From the NCBI GenBank assembly GCA_030704615.1, contig CM060733.1:26350001-26414000 (forward strand): a stretch of DNA of 64,000 nucleotides. The letters run 5' to 3'. This DNA is from Takakia lepidozioides (taxonomy: Eukaryota; Plantae; Bryophyta). The notes under the pieces were generated by a model, which ran no database searches, was not told the DNA's origin, and saw only the letters and a list, made by a program, of their open reading frames with translations. The position numbers were made by a program, and so were the translations under genes. Below are positions 1 through 11,520 of this stretch, in pieces; positions within the stretch are counted from its first letter, which is position 1, and every line of letters begins with the position of its first letter.

Positions 1-200
1 GATAGCGGCATAGCAGTCATGAAATCCATCGAGACGCTTTCCCAAGTCCCCTCTGGAATCGGCAAGGGTTGTAACAGCCCCGCTTGCTTTTTGTACTCGC
101 TCCGGTTTTGTTGGCATGTGGTGCATGTCTTGACATACTCCTCTGCCTCCTCCCTCAGTTTGGGCCAGAAATACTCTTTCTTCAGGAGTGCCGCAGTTCG
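1..200 (-). mobile_element. Ty3/Gypsy integrase fragment (zinc-binding domain and start of catalytic core), running off the left edge
   Basis: Manual translation of the minus strand gives RTAALLKKEYFWPKLREEAEEYVKTCTTCQQNRSEYKKQAGLLQPLPIPEGTWESVSMDFMTAMPL. This contains the CxxC of the HHCC finger and the GLLQPLPIP..W.SVSMDF signature. It is not in the ORF track, and similarity stops abruptly at about 200. Confidence 0.9.
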
Positions 201-404
201 CACATGTGTTATCCTAGTGGACAGTCCAGCAGGGAAAGTCCACTAAAGAAAATTAAATCTAAAATCCAGTCACAGCGGTTACAGCGAATCGAAAGCCAAA
301 AAAGGGATCAAGAAATTGGAAGGAATTTAAGCGCAAGAGTCAGCGTCGTTCTAAGTAACAGACGTCTCGACGGGACAAACCATCAATGCTATAGCTTTGA
401 AGCT

Positions 405-3400
405 ATGGAGGAACTAACAGACTATACGCTCGCAATATTACTTACGCAGTGGCATAGGGACGAAAGAACAGAGCGGATCTTTTCTCTTGATCGATGCTTG
501 CAAGCCCCGCAGGCTTACAAGAAATTACCCATAGCTTTTTGTGGCAACCATACGTTTATGCTTTGTGCCCTGCAGGCATTTCTTCAATTGTTACAGCCAA
601 AACATTTCTGTGGGTCTAGAATGAAGAGAGTGAGAGGAATGGAGGAAATCAGGGTGAAGAGCACCACAATCCTGCAGAAACAAACGATTGCTACTCCACA
701 GGCGGTACAGTTACTGAAGGAGCTGCGATTGCAAGGATTGCAAAACAAAGATTGGACATTGCACCATAGACAGTACATGTTACAATTCTTGCAGAACTTT
801 GAGCCTAAGACAGGAGCAACAACGGTGAAGGGAGTTGAATTAGAAATTACTCCCCTATACCTACAGCAATTGTTTCAATTGCCAGCAGATCAGGTGCATG
901 TGGAGGAGCACAGGGCAAGACTGCAAATATGGGACTTATTCCAAGAAGGGAGTTTCTTTAAAACTCAGGGTTATGCTTGTACGAAGGCCGTGTACCCAGG
1001 GCTAAAGGAGGTAGGCCAGGTATTGAACGTTCTGTTTGCCATGAAACAGAACCAACAGTATTTGAGCAGATCCTTCACAGAGGAAATACTCAAAGCCCTG
1101 AGAGGAGAAGAGGTAGAATGGGCGGACATAATGTACAACGCACTGGTAGAGGAGATGAAAAGATTACAGGGTACTGCTGCAAAGTCTCCTATCATAGTGT
1201 CTGGCCCAATCATTGCTCAAATAATTCTTGATTCTGGCATACTTGATGCTCGAGAAATAAAGGAGATGGGAGTGTTTGAGCCAGAAACCACTACAATGGA
1301 AGAGCAAGGCTCTTCACACAGTGAGGGTGGACTGGCAGGGCAACCCCAAACTAAGAGACAGAGGCGGGGAAAGACTGTAGTGGCGGATCCATTGGCTTCA
1401 CGGAATCCGCATGATAATGTTTCCCAAGCTCTTGTGCAGGAAGGGGCACAGCAGCACAGAGAACTGCTATTATTGGAAGCGGGACCTTCAGAGAGGGAAG
1501 AGGAAGTTACTTCAGTATCACAGCCATCACAGCCAGATGATCGGCCTGTCACAGAGTTACCACAAGTTGTCCATGCAGTTCCACCAGAAATAATTGATTT
1601 GGAGAAAGAAGGGTTAGATATTCCCACTACAGAACAGGTTGTGGCAGAAATTGAGAACGGGGACCTTCTCTATGAATATTCTGGTCTGGTCAAGGAGACA
1701 GTGATTCCAGAGGTGCAACAGTTGTCCAAGGGAAACCCTGCGGTGCATATAATACACACACCTGTGCCGGAGGTACCACAGGTAGAATGTCAAGACACTG
1801 CAGCACCGGTGACGGATGAAGTGGTTCAGGAAGAAAATCTGGTGGGATAATGGCCTGAGTGGTTCGTGAGGCATCACACTGTTGAGGATCAGGGAGAACA
1901 GCAGCAAGCTCACAATGATGACCCTCAACAGGCCATGCTTATGAGTTCCATAAGCAGGACACTTAATTTGTTGGGGACTTATGTCAAATCCCATGTTCCA
2001 ACTACCCAATTGACAGCTTGGAACTCAGGAAGGAGTTTGAGGCTCGACTAGCCACTGAGTGTGCAAACAAGGTCGATGAAGAGGTGACTCTCAAGATGCA
2101 GCAAGACTTGGAGAGTACAGAAACGGCTTTGCAATTGGCCAATGAATAATTGATTGAGGCAGGCCTCGCGCAAGACCAGTTGCACGAATCACATAAGCAA
2201 CAGCTATACCAAATGCAGGTGAAGCATGAAAACAAGTTGCAATAAGTGAATGCACTACATACGGAGTTGCGGACAGTGCATGACAGGATGGCCATACAAT
2301 GTGCTACACTCACAACTATGCTTGACCAATCTACAATAGAAATAAACAGTCAAGCGGAAAGATGTACGAAGGCAGAGGCAGAAAATGTTGAGCAAGTGAA
2401 ACTCATTGTCGATATGAAGAATACAATCTGTCGCAATGAGGATACTTTCAAGCAATACAGGCAGGTTGAAGCTGACCAAGAGAGGCACATCCTTGAGTTA
2501 CAACAAACGGTCATGGCCAATAGAAGTGAAATCTCTGTTGCTAACAAGGCTTGGAAGGAAGCCAATAATCTGCTTGCTGCCTATGCGAATTTGGTTGAAC
2601 CTCATGCGAAGCGCATGGAGGCTTTACAACAACAGTTAGATATGTACAAACTCAGAGAGGAGCAGACTCTCAGAAGTACCACAAGCAACTTGGTGGATAA
2701 CCACCTTATGTAGGTCTGGTTAGCACAAGGGCCAGTGGAGGGCAAAGCACCACGAAAGCTCACCCAAAGTGAGATGAATGAGCTCAGACTGCAAGTGCAG
2801 AACATTGCCACAACTACTATAGACAATGTCTATAGTAGGATAGCGGAGTTACAGGAGGATGTAGACGACTTGCAGACTCAAGTGGAGGACCTCACTTCAA
2901 ATATCGACAAGAGAGTCTGTATACCTGAGGAACAGCTAATGGCTTCTTATTTAAAAGCGAGAACTTTAGTTTTTCAGTCTTCTTCACAGGAGGTGCAGGA
3001 GATGCCAATGGTACAAGAGCCAGTGCCACCAACACCACAACAGGTCACTGTGCCAGTAGCTGACCCGGTGGTTACTACAGCCACACCACAGCCACCACAA
3101 CCTGAGGTATGGGGGAATGCTGCTTTTAACCCACCTAAAACTCCAGCTGCAAGGGAGTACAGTAGGGCTATGATTATGCCCTTCAACCAAATTCCCATTG
3201 TGTTGGATTTGGCTTGGAAAAAATTTAGTCCTCCGCAGTCATTGGCACATTACTATCAAATCATGCGCATTTGGCTGCCAGTGGCAACTAGGACTAAAGT
3301 TCTTCCGAACAATCGACCAATTGAGGATCATCACTTTGCACAGTACTGGCATGAGGCAAGTACCATGTTGAAGGAATTAATTGCCTTCCAAGTTGTACAT

Positions 3401-4171
3401 GGATTCATTTATACCAAGACCAAGGAGGTAGCAAGTATTGTCATGGGCTGCGGGTTATACTACGCTGCTTGTTTTCTGGTACGTTATCACATTGAGCAGC
3501 ACAAGATGCAATCGCGCTTTTTGAGTTATTCCAGTGGGGATCATTGGGTCTTACCTTTAGTGCCACCTCATATGTACCTATATGAAGCAAAAGTTATGAT
3601 GCAAAAAGATTCTCAAATTCGTTCATGGTTTCATGCGGCCTGGAACAATTTGTCAACACATAAATTCGGCCCTGACGATATTTTCTTTAAAAGACATGAG
3701 GCATGGAAATACTTGCACAATTCACAAGTCATTGGTACCCCACTCACCTGGACAGACAAGGAGCTCAGGGTCTTCACCAATTTTACCATTCAGCGTTTAC
3801 AACAAGTTTTAAAGTTTAAACTTCTAGACATGGTAGGACAACATTGTATGCCCCAGAGGATTCCACAAAAAGTTCGGCAGTTAAAACACCTGAGAGGCGA
3901 TGAGGATTCTGATACAACTGTTTCTTCAGCGGACTCTTTTGATATGGGAGAAGACTATGCAATTCAGATGGCAGAGAAGAAGCAACGGGGGTCTCCTATG
4001 CCTGAAAGATTACCTCGATATCAGCCTCCAGAGGGCCTTACATATCCAGGTAGTGTTCAATCATCTCCGTCAACCAGTGACAGACCTCGGGCTCGTACAC
4101 AGAGTCATTCACGAGACTCTCAACGTCAGAAAGGTGCTCGCTCACAAAGGTTTGCTAATCCCAATCAGTAA
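405..4171 (+). pseudogene. Large accessory (env-position) ORF of an LTR retrotransposon, disrupted. N-terminal putative plant-transposon-protein-like domain plus a long coiled coil
   Basis: ORFs 84-1850, 1866-, 2246-2713 and 2735-4171 join through in-frame TAA/TAG stops and one frameshift near 1990. TVKGVELEITPLYLQQLFQLP and ALRGEEVEWADIMYNAL resemble the Transposase_32-type domain of plant LTR extra ORFs. A heptad-rich region spans about 2020-2900. The ORF ends about 20 bp before a PPT and LTR. Confidence 0.65.
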
Positions 4172-4192
4172 ACCGTGAGGACACGGCTTTTT

Positions 4193-4209
4193 GAGAGGGG
4201 AATGGGTAA
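4193..4209 (+). promoter_or_regulatory. Polypurine tract (PPT)
   Basis: GAGAGGGGAATGGGTAA immediately precedes TGTTAG at 4210. Confidence 0.75.
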
Positions 4210-5062
4210 TGTTAGAGGACTGTCTGGGACTTAGACACTTTATGGGATCTGTGGGGTACCCTTAATTTTTGCACAGACTGAGACCAACAGGAGCCTTAGG
4301 GGTGACAGCAGCGCACTTTAGGGGGGGTTACACAGCCCGTCACAGCCAACACAGCTCATCACAGTCCGACACAGCCCGTCACAACCAACACAGCTCGTCA
4401 CAGCCAACACAGCCCATCACAGTCCGACACAGCTCGTCACAGCCAACACAACCCGTCACAGTCCGACACAGCCAGTCACAGCTCGACACAGCTGACACAG
4501 TCCAACACAGTCGCACAGCCAGTCATAGCTTGACACAGCTGTCACGACCATAAGGAACGGATAGCAGGACAGGGAACGACTTTGGGGAACAACATCTGCG
4601 AATGGAACATGTTAGTTCACGGGTGACGGTTAGTGAGGGAAACGGTTAGAACAATGGGTAGGAAGATAAAGCGAGGAGCGAGGACTGGAAAAGGATCACT
4701 TCTTGGGGAATCACTGCTAGAAGGAGTGGGGGAGCACTTCTTGGGGGGACTTCGGACATCACTGGGGGAAATGAGGCAGAGAGCGTATCTCTGAGCAGAA
4801 AGAGGGAGAGCACGGAGTAGGAGGAGGATGATCTGTTGATGCTTAATGAATGCATGCAGTAGAATTGTAATGTAGAGCAGATTAGAGACTCCATGGCTTC
4901 AGCCTGATACTTGATAGATATTAATCTGATACACACTTCATACTCACACTGTGTAGAGAGATCTGAGTGAAGCTGTGGAATGAATGGATGAGTTGATGGA
5001 ATCCGATAGATTATTGAAGCAAACTGATACTTAATTACCAACAGTAAGGTAACTAGCTAACA
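4210..5062 (+). mobile_element. 3' LTR (853 bp) of a plus-strand LTR retrotransposon
   Basis: It starts TGTTAG and ends CTAACA (perfect 6-bp terminal inverted repeat) and follows a PPT. Confidence 0.75.
4330..4548 (+). repeat. Degenerate (CACAGC/CACAGT)-core minisatellite inside the LTR
   Basis: About 20 copies of 9-10 bp units such as ACACAGCCCG, TCACAGCCA and ACACAGCTCG. Confidence 0.85.
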
Positions 5063-5227
5063 TGAATGCGGGAAGGAAAACAAATAGGAAACACCCCCAT
5101 GATACACTAGTTGTAGGTCATGACTGATTGTTCTGAGCGGGCTGAGTGCTTAGATATTTCCAACTCTTCTATCTTGGAGTTTCCGCCTCGGATAGCGAAG
5201 GGATGGGTGAGTAAAAGCCGCGCGACA
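5063..5227 (-). mobile_element. Probable start of a third, nested LTR, itself interrupted by the LTR ending at 5062
   Basis: Pol-like coding on the minus strand (..WEDGRVRIV) breaks at 5228 into TGTCGCG, a typical LTR start, followed by non-coding-looking sequence. Confidence 0.35.
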
Positions 5228-5593
5228 CAATCCTTACTCGACCATCCTCCCACACTCGGAGCATGTGTGTCCCCTCCCACTTGAACCTCTTGGCTTGTTG
5301 TAGGATCCGATCCCTCTCCTTGGCAGTCACAGTGGCTGCAGTGTCTCCAATGCGGAGGTAGTCCAACACAACTGAATCCTCATGTATATCTTTGGCGCCA
5401 CCTTGCTCATTGCTGGCCGCAGGGTCCTCAGACACTTGATCTACAGTCATCCCTGTTGCAGGTCCAACCTCGCCTTCCGCTGCCAAGATACACAGAAATG
5501 CAGATGCATGCCATTCGGGCACCATCTCCTCGTCCGTCTCACCATGCCACCGAGCTCCAGTGTCATCCTGCTAGCTCGTGCATGGATTGCGAC

Positions 5594-6140
5594 TCAACCC
5601 ATCTGCAAAAAATTGACCAAACTCGGTCGATGCACCACCTGAAAGTCATACTCTTGAAGGATGAGTGCCCACCGTGCAAGCTTCCCCGTAAGCTTGTCTG
5701 ACTCCATCAACCACTTGAGTGGTTGGTGATCCGTGACAAGGGTGAAGAGATTGTCGTATAGATAGCACCTGAAGTGTGCCACGGCCCACACTGCAGCTAA
5801 GCATTCTCCCTCATATGAGCTATACTTAGACTCTGCAACGTTGTTCGAGCGGCTAGCATAAGCCACTACGAACTCTCTTCCCTCATCATCCACCTGTGTG
5901 AGCACCGCTCCAAGCCCCAGCATGCTCCAATCTGTATGCAGCTGAAAAGGACGCCCCCTGATAGGTCGTCTCAAGATGGGCGCCGAGGTTAACCTTGCCT
6001 TGAGCTCTTGAAAAGCTTGTTCTTGCTCATCTTCCCACTGCCACTCCTGGTCCACCTTGGTCAGCTTGGTTAGAGCCTTTGCAATGGCACTAAATCCCTT
6101 TACAAACCGTCTATAATAGTTTGCTAACCCCATGAAAGCT
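5594..6140 (-). pseudogene. RT thumb/connection and Ty3/Gypsy RNase H
   Basis: FMGLANYYRRFVKGFSAIAKALTKL, AFQELKARLTSAPIL, LHTDWSMLGLGAVL, AYASR..AESKYSSYEGECLAAVWAV and FTLVTDHQPLKWL. Confidence 0.95.
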
Positions 6141-6720
6141 AAAGATGATGATGTCATCTATGTAGCACCGAGCAAATTCCACCCCTGCTAGAATCCTGTC
6201 CATGACTCTCTGAAACTCTGCCGGAGCGTTCTTAAGCCCAAATGGTAAGAACCGCCACTGGTAAAGGCAATCCTTCTTGTGCTCATTGATCCCCCAGAAT
6301 GTCGTCTTCTGCTTATCCGCCTCCTTGATCGGCAACTGGTGAATCATAAATCCAAAGTGCTAAAGACCTTGGCATGCCCAATGGCATCAAAGATCTCCTC
6401 TGGTGTCGGCATAGCATACCTATCGGACTTGGTCTGACGATTTACAGGCCGGTAATCACCGCACATACGTCTCTCCGTCCAATTGCCATAGACATCCTTC
6501 TTGGTTGGCATCACTGTGGCTGAAGCATACTCTCCCCCAGATAGCTCCACCAAACCAGCCTCCCAAAGGTCCTGAGTTCTCATCTGAATCAAGGACCTCT
6601 CCATGTCACTGTATCTATAGGGTCTCCGAAAGATTGGCGTGTCAGCAGCTAATTCAATGCGAATCTCTTGACCCTTCAGTGCTCCTAAGTCCTTCAAACT
6701 GAAGGCAAAGCAGTTCCTAT
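6141..6720 (-). pseudogene. Reverse transcriptase (Ty3/Gypsy)
   Basis: RRPYRYS, RMCGDYRPVN, FSTLDL*, LPFGLKNAPAEFQRVM and YIDDIIIFS. There is an internal stop at 6344-6346 and a deletion just after YIDD. Confidence 0.95.
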
Positions 6721-7164
6721 AAGCCCTCAAGAACCGCCGTATACGTCGTCTCCCTCCTCCGCTGACTATAGGTCCAACATTAGGCTCCCAGTTGTCCTCC
6801 GTGACTGCAACCTTGAGTCCAGCAGGCTTAGAGGTAGAAGACACGTCCCGTGGTTGCTATGCTACAACCTCTTGAGCAGTGACCACTACCTCCTCTGTCC
6901 GTGACAATGTCTCACCCTGCCCCATCATCCCATCCTTGAGGACCTCCTCAACCCGAGAAAAATCCCCAACCTGATCCATCACTGCCGCCTTGGCTGCCAA
7001 CTCCTTATGAACCTCGAGCACCTCCCACGTGTGCCATGGATGCGGCCTGCACCTCGTGGTCCCCACCTGCTCGCCCCCACTTGCTGCCTGTAACGTCTTG
7101 GTAGGCAGGGAGACCATGAAGGGAAGTGTACTTCGCACTCTGCGCTGCTCAGCCATAGCCAAGC

Positions 7165-8105
7165 TGATGATCGAGGTCAAGCAATTGAGATCCATTGCTT
7201 GCCCCAACACCTGACGACATGATGCCTCAGAAAGAGATGGCACCGCCGTGGTACCTAGGGTAAAACCCATCGCCCGCTCGCACTCGTCAGCATTGGGCTC
7301 CACTAATTGTTGCAACTGGCTATCCCACAAGAGGCCAGGTCCACCATCCCGAAAAGCATGGGATCCTGGGAAGCTGAGCAGTGTAGGTAATGCTGCTCGT
7401 GGTTGACCCACCCTGTTGACCCACCCTGTTGACCACTGCCAAAGGCGAACGGTCATCGTGTCTCACACGTTGAGACTGCCTCCCTGTGTCCAAAATGCTA
7501 TCCACTGTGAGGTGTGCTGGCCGCTGCACCCCATCAAATGCACGCTTGAGCAGTGCGGGTGGCATCAAGTTAGTCCACCATAGCCGTGGACGATGAGCCC
7601 GTGACCCCACTGCAGCTGCATCCAGCAACACTGCTGACCCAAGCCACGACCGGACTTGATGCACACTGGCCATCACCCTGGCCCGAGAATCACCCATCAG
7701 TGGCACATTCTCCAAGATGTATGCTGGAGATACAGCTTGATGAAGCTGCAAGTGGCGCAAAACCCGCACCATCTCCTCGAGTCTCGCAATTCATTGCCAT
7801 GCCCAGCTGATGAATGCCCTTGGCAGGGCCAACCTGCCACTACCAGATCAATGGAGCCAACCTGCTCCAAATCCTGCGCCCCCAGCAACGAAATGTCTGC
7901 TGGCAAGGCTTGTTGGTATACACGAACTGCAGACACTGGCAACAAATCAGGGTACTGCTGTACCAAGTGAGCAACATGGCGTAGTGAGACGCGTCATGCA
8001 GTCTCATCCTTCTCCACATACAGGTAACGTTGAACTCGTACACCTGCCTGCAGCACTGCAGCCAATCCAGTGCTGATCCCGCCAAACAAGTCCAGAAGGC
8101 ATATG
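7165..8105 (-). pseudogene. DNMT3-like DNA (cytosine-5) methyltransferase domain embedded in the retrotransposon pol
   Basis: Motifs occur in canonical order: I LLDLFGGISTG (about 8068-8100), II YLYVEKD, III ADIS, IV DLVVAGWPCQGHS (PC at 7823-7828), VI YILENVP (7704-7712), VIII LDAAAVGSRAHRPRLWWTNL, IX ECERAMGF and X RQVLGQAMD. The domain is broken by a TGA (7994-7996), a frameshift (about 7775) and a 13-bp duplication (about 7402-7434). Confidence 0.93.
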
Positions 8106-8479
8106 CCTTCATCCGGGCACTGCCACACAAGAGGTGTGGTATCTAATGGCGACAACTGAGGTGGTCTTGGTGCAATCACCGCACTCTCCTCTTTTCCTGA
8201 CGGTATGAAGGCCTCTACCCAGGCTTGTTGCACCCGTCCATGAGCAGCCTGCTGCAAATCCATGCTCGTACCCCACAATGGAGTGTGAGCAACCATAGCA
8301 GGCAACTCCGCCGTACCATGCATGTCATCCTGCTCTGCTGAAGGTGGCACATCCTCTGCATGGGCATTGCCTTCCAGCAACTCTCCAGGCCAACTTACTG
8401 CAGCTGTAAAGGCGGCTAGTGTTGGCATCTTGCCCCGCTGGGCAGCCGCAATACCCCCAATGAATGTCACAGGAAGCTA

Positions 8480-8900
8480 TGCACGACGACCATCCCCTGA
8501 CTGCCATCCAGGCCGGTAGGATGCTGACTCCTCCCAAAAGTCCAGGGTGAAGCCCATGGGATATAACACTGCCCCACCAACGAGGACATCGTAAGAGACT
8601 GCGTCTGTCACAATGGCTTTGGCTCGCATCACTGAGCCATCTATAGGATGATCCGGCTGCAGTCTAATGGCCAACTCACGCCGTATCATGCCCTGAGCCT
8701 GCTCTGATCCTCCCAGAGATGTCTGTATCTGGAAAGGACAAGGCTCCATATCCGCCTCCATGAGGCCCAAACCTGCGATAGCAGCTCTGCCAACAATGGC
8801 ATCAATGGCTGAGCTCCCGAGTCCAACAAGACCCAAAGTGGCCGGTACTTCTTGCCTGCTGGTCCACTCAATGAGAAAATGCCCTCATGGTTGTCTAACA
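8480..8900 (-). pseudogene. Retropepsin aspartic protease
   Basis: VLLDSGAQP catalytic motif (about 8806-8832) followed by SYDVLVGGAVL (the D.LLG flap-type motif). Confidence 0.85.
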
Positions 8901-9456
8901 ATATAACTCCAGGTGTCACCATGGCGTGCTCAAAGGCTGGCCTAGCTGGCAGCTCCGTCAATCTGGCAGCTGCAGCTTGCCAAGGCGCAGCCGTGGCAGT
9001 CTTGACCCTCAAATCCGAGGATCCCTCTGCCACTATACTTTCCACTAACTCCGCAGAAGATGAAGTGACCTCTCCACTCTCACAGAGTGTTGCTGCTAGT
9101 CTGAACACTGCAGCTGGTCTTACCCCCGGCGTCGCAATCATGGTTGCCGAGAACAGTGGGGCTTGACACACAGAGGTGGCTGCCCCCAACAACACACCGG
9201 CTGCACTAGCCTTGGTAGCAGGTGTCAGTGCTGCACGTGTAGCTCTCCCCAATGGCATAGTAACCTCCGCCTCGGTAACAGTCGGGCGAGAACTAGGTGC
9301 CATGGATGGCGTCGACACAGTCTCCGCCAATGTGAATGACTGAGGAAGCCTCGCCTGACGGCTTGCCTCCCCACGCCGTGGATCCAATTTCACCTCTGCA
9401 CCTCGTGGCTTAGAAACTCGTGCTGCTCCTCGAGTCACGGTTGCAGCAGACTCCAC

Positions 9457-10971
9457 CTACACTAGTGGTAGTGCTGCTCTGCACATGAATCCCATGCCTC
9501 CCATATCTCCTCCCTCATGAGCAGGAGGTGGGCCATCCCGCCTGGGAGCTGGTATCACCTGAGCTGTAGCCATGGCAGCGAGCCTCTGCTCTAGCTGCTG
9601 AAGCCGGTTGACCATGCCTTGGTCAACACCCTGACCTCCGCGTCCTTGGCCATGTTGAGCTTGCCCTTGGCCTGCACCTCGTGCCCGACCACCTCGTCCT
9701 CTCTGGGCTGGTCCACCTCGCCCCTGGCCACCATTGTTCCCTTGGAACTGGCCTGGGCGCAACTCAGGATGCAAGTCATAACACTGGGCATCTCCATGCC
9801 CATACTTGCCACAATGCCCACACTGCAATTGTGCAGGCTGTGCTTGTGCCAGCCTTCTGCCACTCTCTGGGCAATCTCTCTTGACATGGGGTCCTCCACA
9901 TGTCCAACATATCACCCCTGGTTGCTGTTGGCCTGCAAAAGATGCCACGGGCCTCTGCACCTGAGGTCCCCTGTAAGCTCCATGGAACTTGGGTTGGGAA
10001 ACCTTGCCCCCCTGACCACGCTGTTGGGCAGTCCCTTGTGCCTGTGGGCTGGCAGCTGCGCCTCGTGCAGGCATGTCCTTGCCAAATCCAATGGTAACAA
10101 CTCGCTCCTCCACATCTGCTAATGTGGGTTGGACTGCTTGTAACAGGGTTGCATCTCGCACCCTTCTCTTGAGCTCCTTGTCCAGAATTCCATACCAAAA
10201 CTGGATTGCTTGAGCTTCAGTAACCCCTTGGGTCACACTTATCAAGCGCCTCATACGAGTGTACGCCTCTCGCAGGCTCTCACTGGGTTTGCGCTGGAAG
10301 TCTTGCAAACTTCGCAGCTTCTCAGTCTGTACACCTTGGTAGTTCCTCCGCAACTCCTGGAAGAACTCCACCACCAGGCTGAATCTAGGCACATGTGTTG
10401 TAGTCGTGGGAGGATGAGTAGTAGCACCTTCTGCAGAAGTACTGGCACTACTAGTGCTAGCCGTGGGAGGTATTGGTGTTGATGCCGCTACTGGTCGTGT
10501 TGTTCCTCAAGTAATGGAGACGTAGTCAGGTGACCAATACATCCTCCACTCTTCAATTTCTGCTTCATGTCCTTGCCTGAACTCGTGGTAATCGTCCATA
10601 GGCGGGCCTTCCAAATGCTGGAACAATCCCTTCCGCGCCATGAATGGGGTGAACAGCTGTGGATTGCGCATCTGCTGCAAATCACACCAACTGTCGAACT
10701 CCTGGATAAAGTCATCCAGCTCGATTGTGCCCACAGCTCCAGAGTACATGCGAGGTCCCTTGGTAGCTCCATACATCTCCTCCATGTCGTCCCACAACAA
10801 TGGCGAAGAAAACTGTACACTTGTTGATGAAACCTCCGGGTCTGTGTCAGACTCTACAGTACTTGAGGGTGGGGGTGAAGGTGGTCTGAACCGAATACCT
10901 CGTCTTGTGAACCCACTCTCACTGTTACTGCCTGTAGCCGTACTCCCCTCAAAACCCTTGGGTAACTCCAT
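9457..10971 (-). pseudogene. Gag with two CCHC zinc knuckles
   Basis: PRMYSG..LDDFIQEFDSW, FQRKPSESLREAYTRM (major homology region), CWTCGGPHVKRDC and CGHCGKYGHGDAQC, plus an RGG-rich tail. Confidence 0.88.
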
Positions 10972-11520
10972 GATGATATCACAATGTGCACCTCCCCCAC
11001 GTGACACTATAGGGCTCTAGTACTAATTCTAATAGTGACACGGGTGGGCACCTGTTGCAGTTTAAGGGTCATATCCCAGTGGCTCAGGGCACCTGCACCT
11101 GCATCCACCACAAGAACTCCTATGGTTGGCTGGTCATCAACCCAGTCTCACCATAGAAGAAACACTGGTGGTCTTGCTGGTCATCACTCCAGCCTCACCA
11201 CCGACAGCATACTCTAGGATTGACCGGTAATCAAATCCGGCCTAATCCCTATGAAAGCAAGCGCCCACACAAAACCAACATGGCGCACAGTCAAGCATGC
11301 AGGTGTTGGAGGGGATCCAAACACAAGAAATCAAAACATCAACACCCCCACACCAAAATCCAGCTGCAATGCTGATCCTGCAGAATATCCCAGCCCAAAA
11401 CCCCGGACTGACTGGCCTCCACCAAGAGAGGCTTTGGCAACTACAAGTACAAGGTAATGAAAATAGTACAGAGATGGAGGGGAAGAATAGAAGCCCGACC
11501 AAGCAAGATCTAATCCTGAT

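Larger units (their letters stand above)
5228..10971 (-). mobile_element. Ty3/Gypsy LTR retrotransposon internal region, order Gag-PR-DNMT-RT-RNaseH, decayed. Integrase not seen (cut off by nested insertions)
   Basis: Collinear minus-strand ORF pieces carry all domain motifs in order (see sub-features) and are separated only by single stops, small indels and frameshifts. Confidence 0.93.

Noticed and set aside
84-404. N-terminal 107 aa of the 588-aa ORF (hydrophobic, signal-peptide-like)
   Set aside because: It starts at a TTG and overlaps the antisense integrase fragment across a rearrangement junction. The real start is probably ATG 405.
4269-4553. 94-aa ORF with HSSSQPTQP repeats
   Set aside because: It is the translation of the LTR minisatellite.
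7165-8105. Host DRM/DNMT3 gene or bacterial restriction-modification MTase contamination
   Set aside because: It has no introns, no UBA or other host domains and non-permuted motifs, and it is continuous with retroelement PR and RT in a plant TE context.
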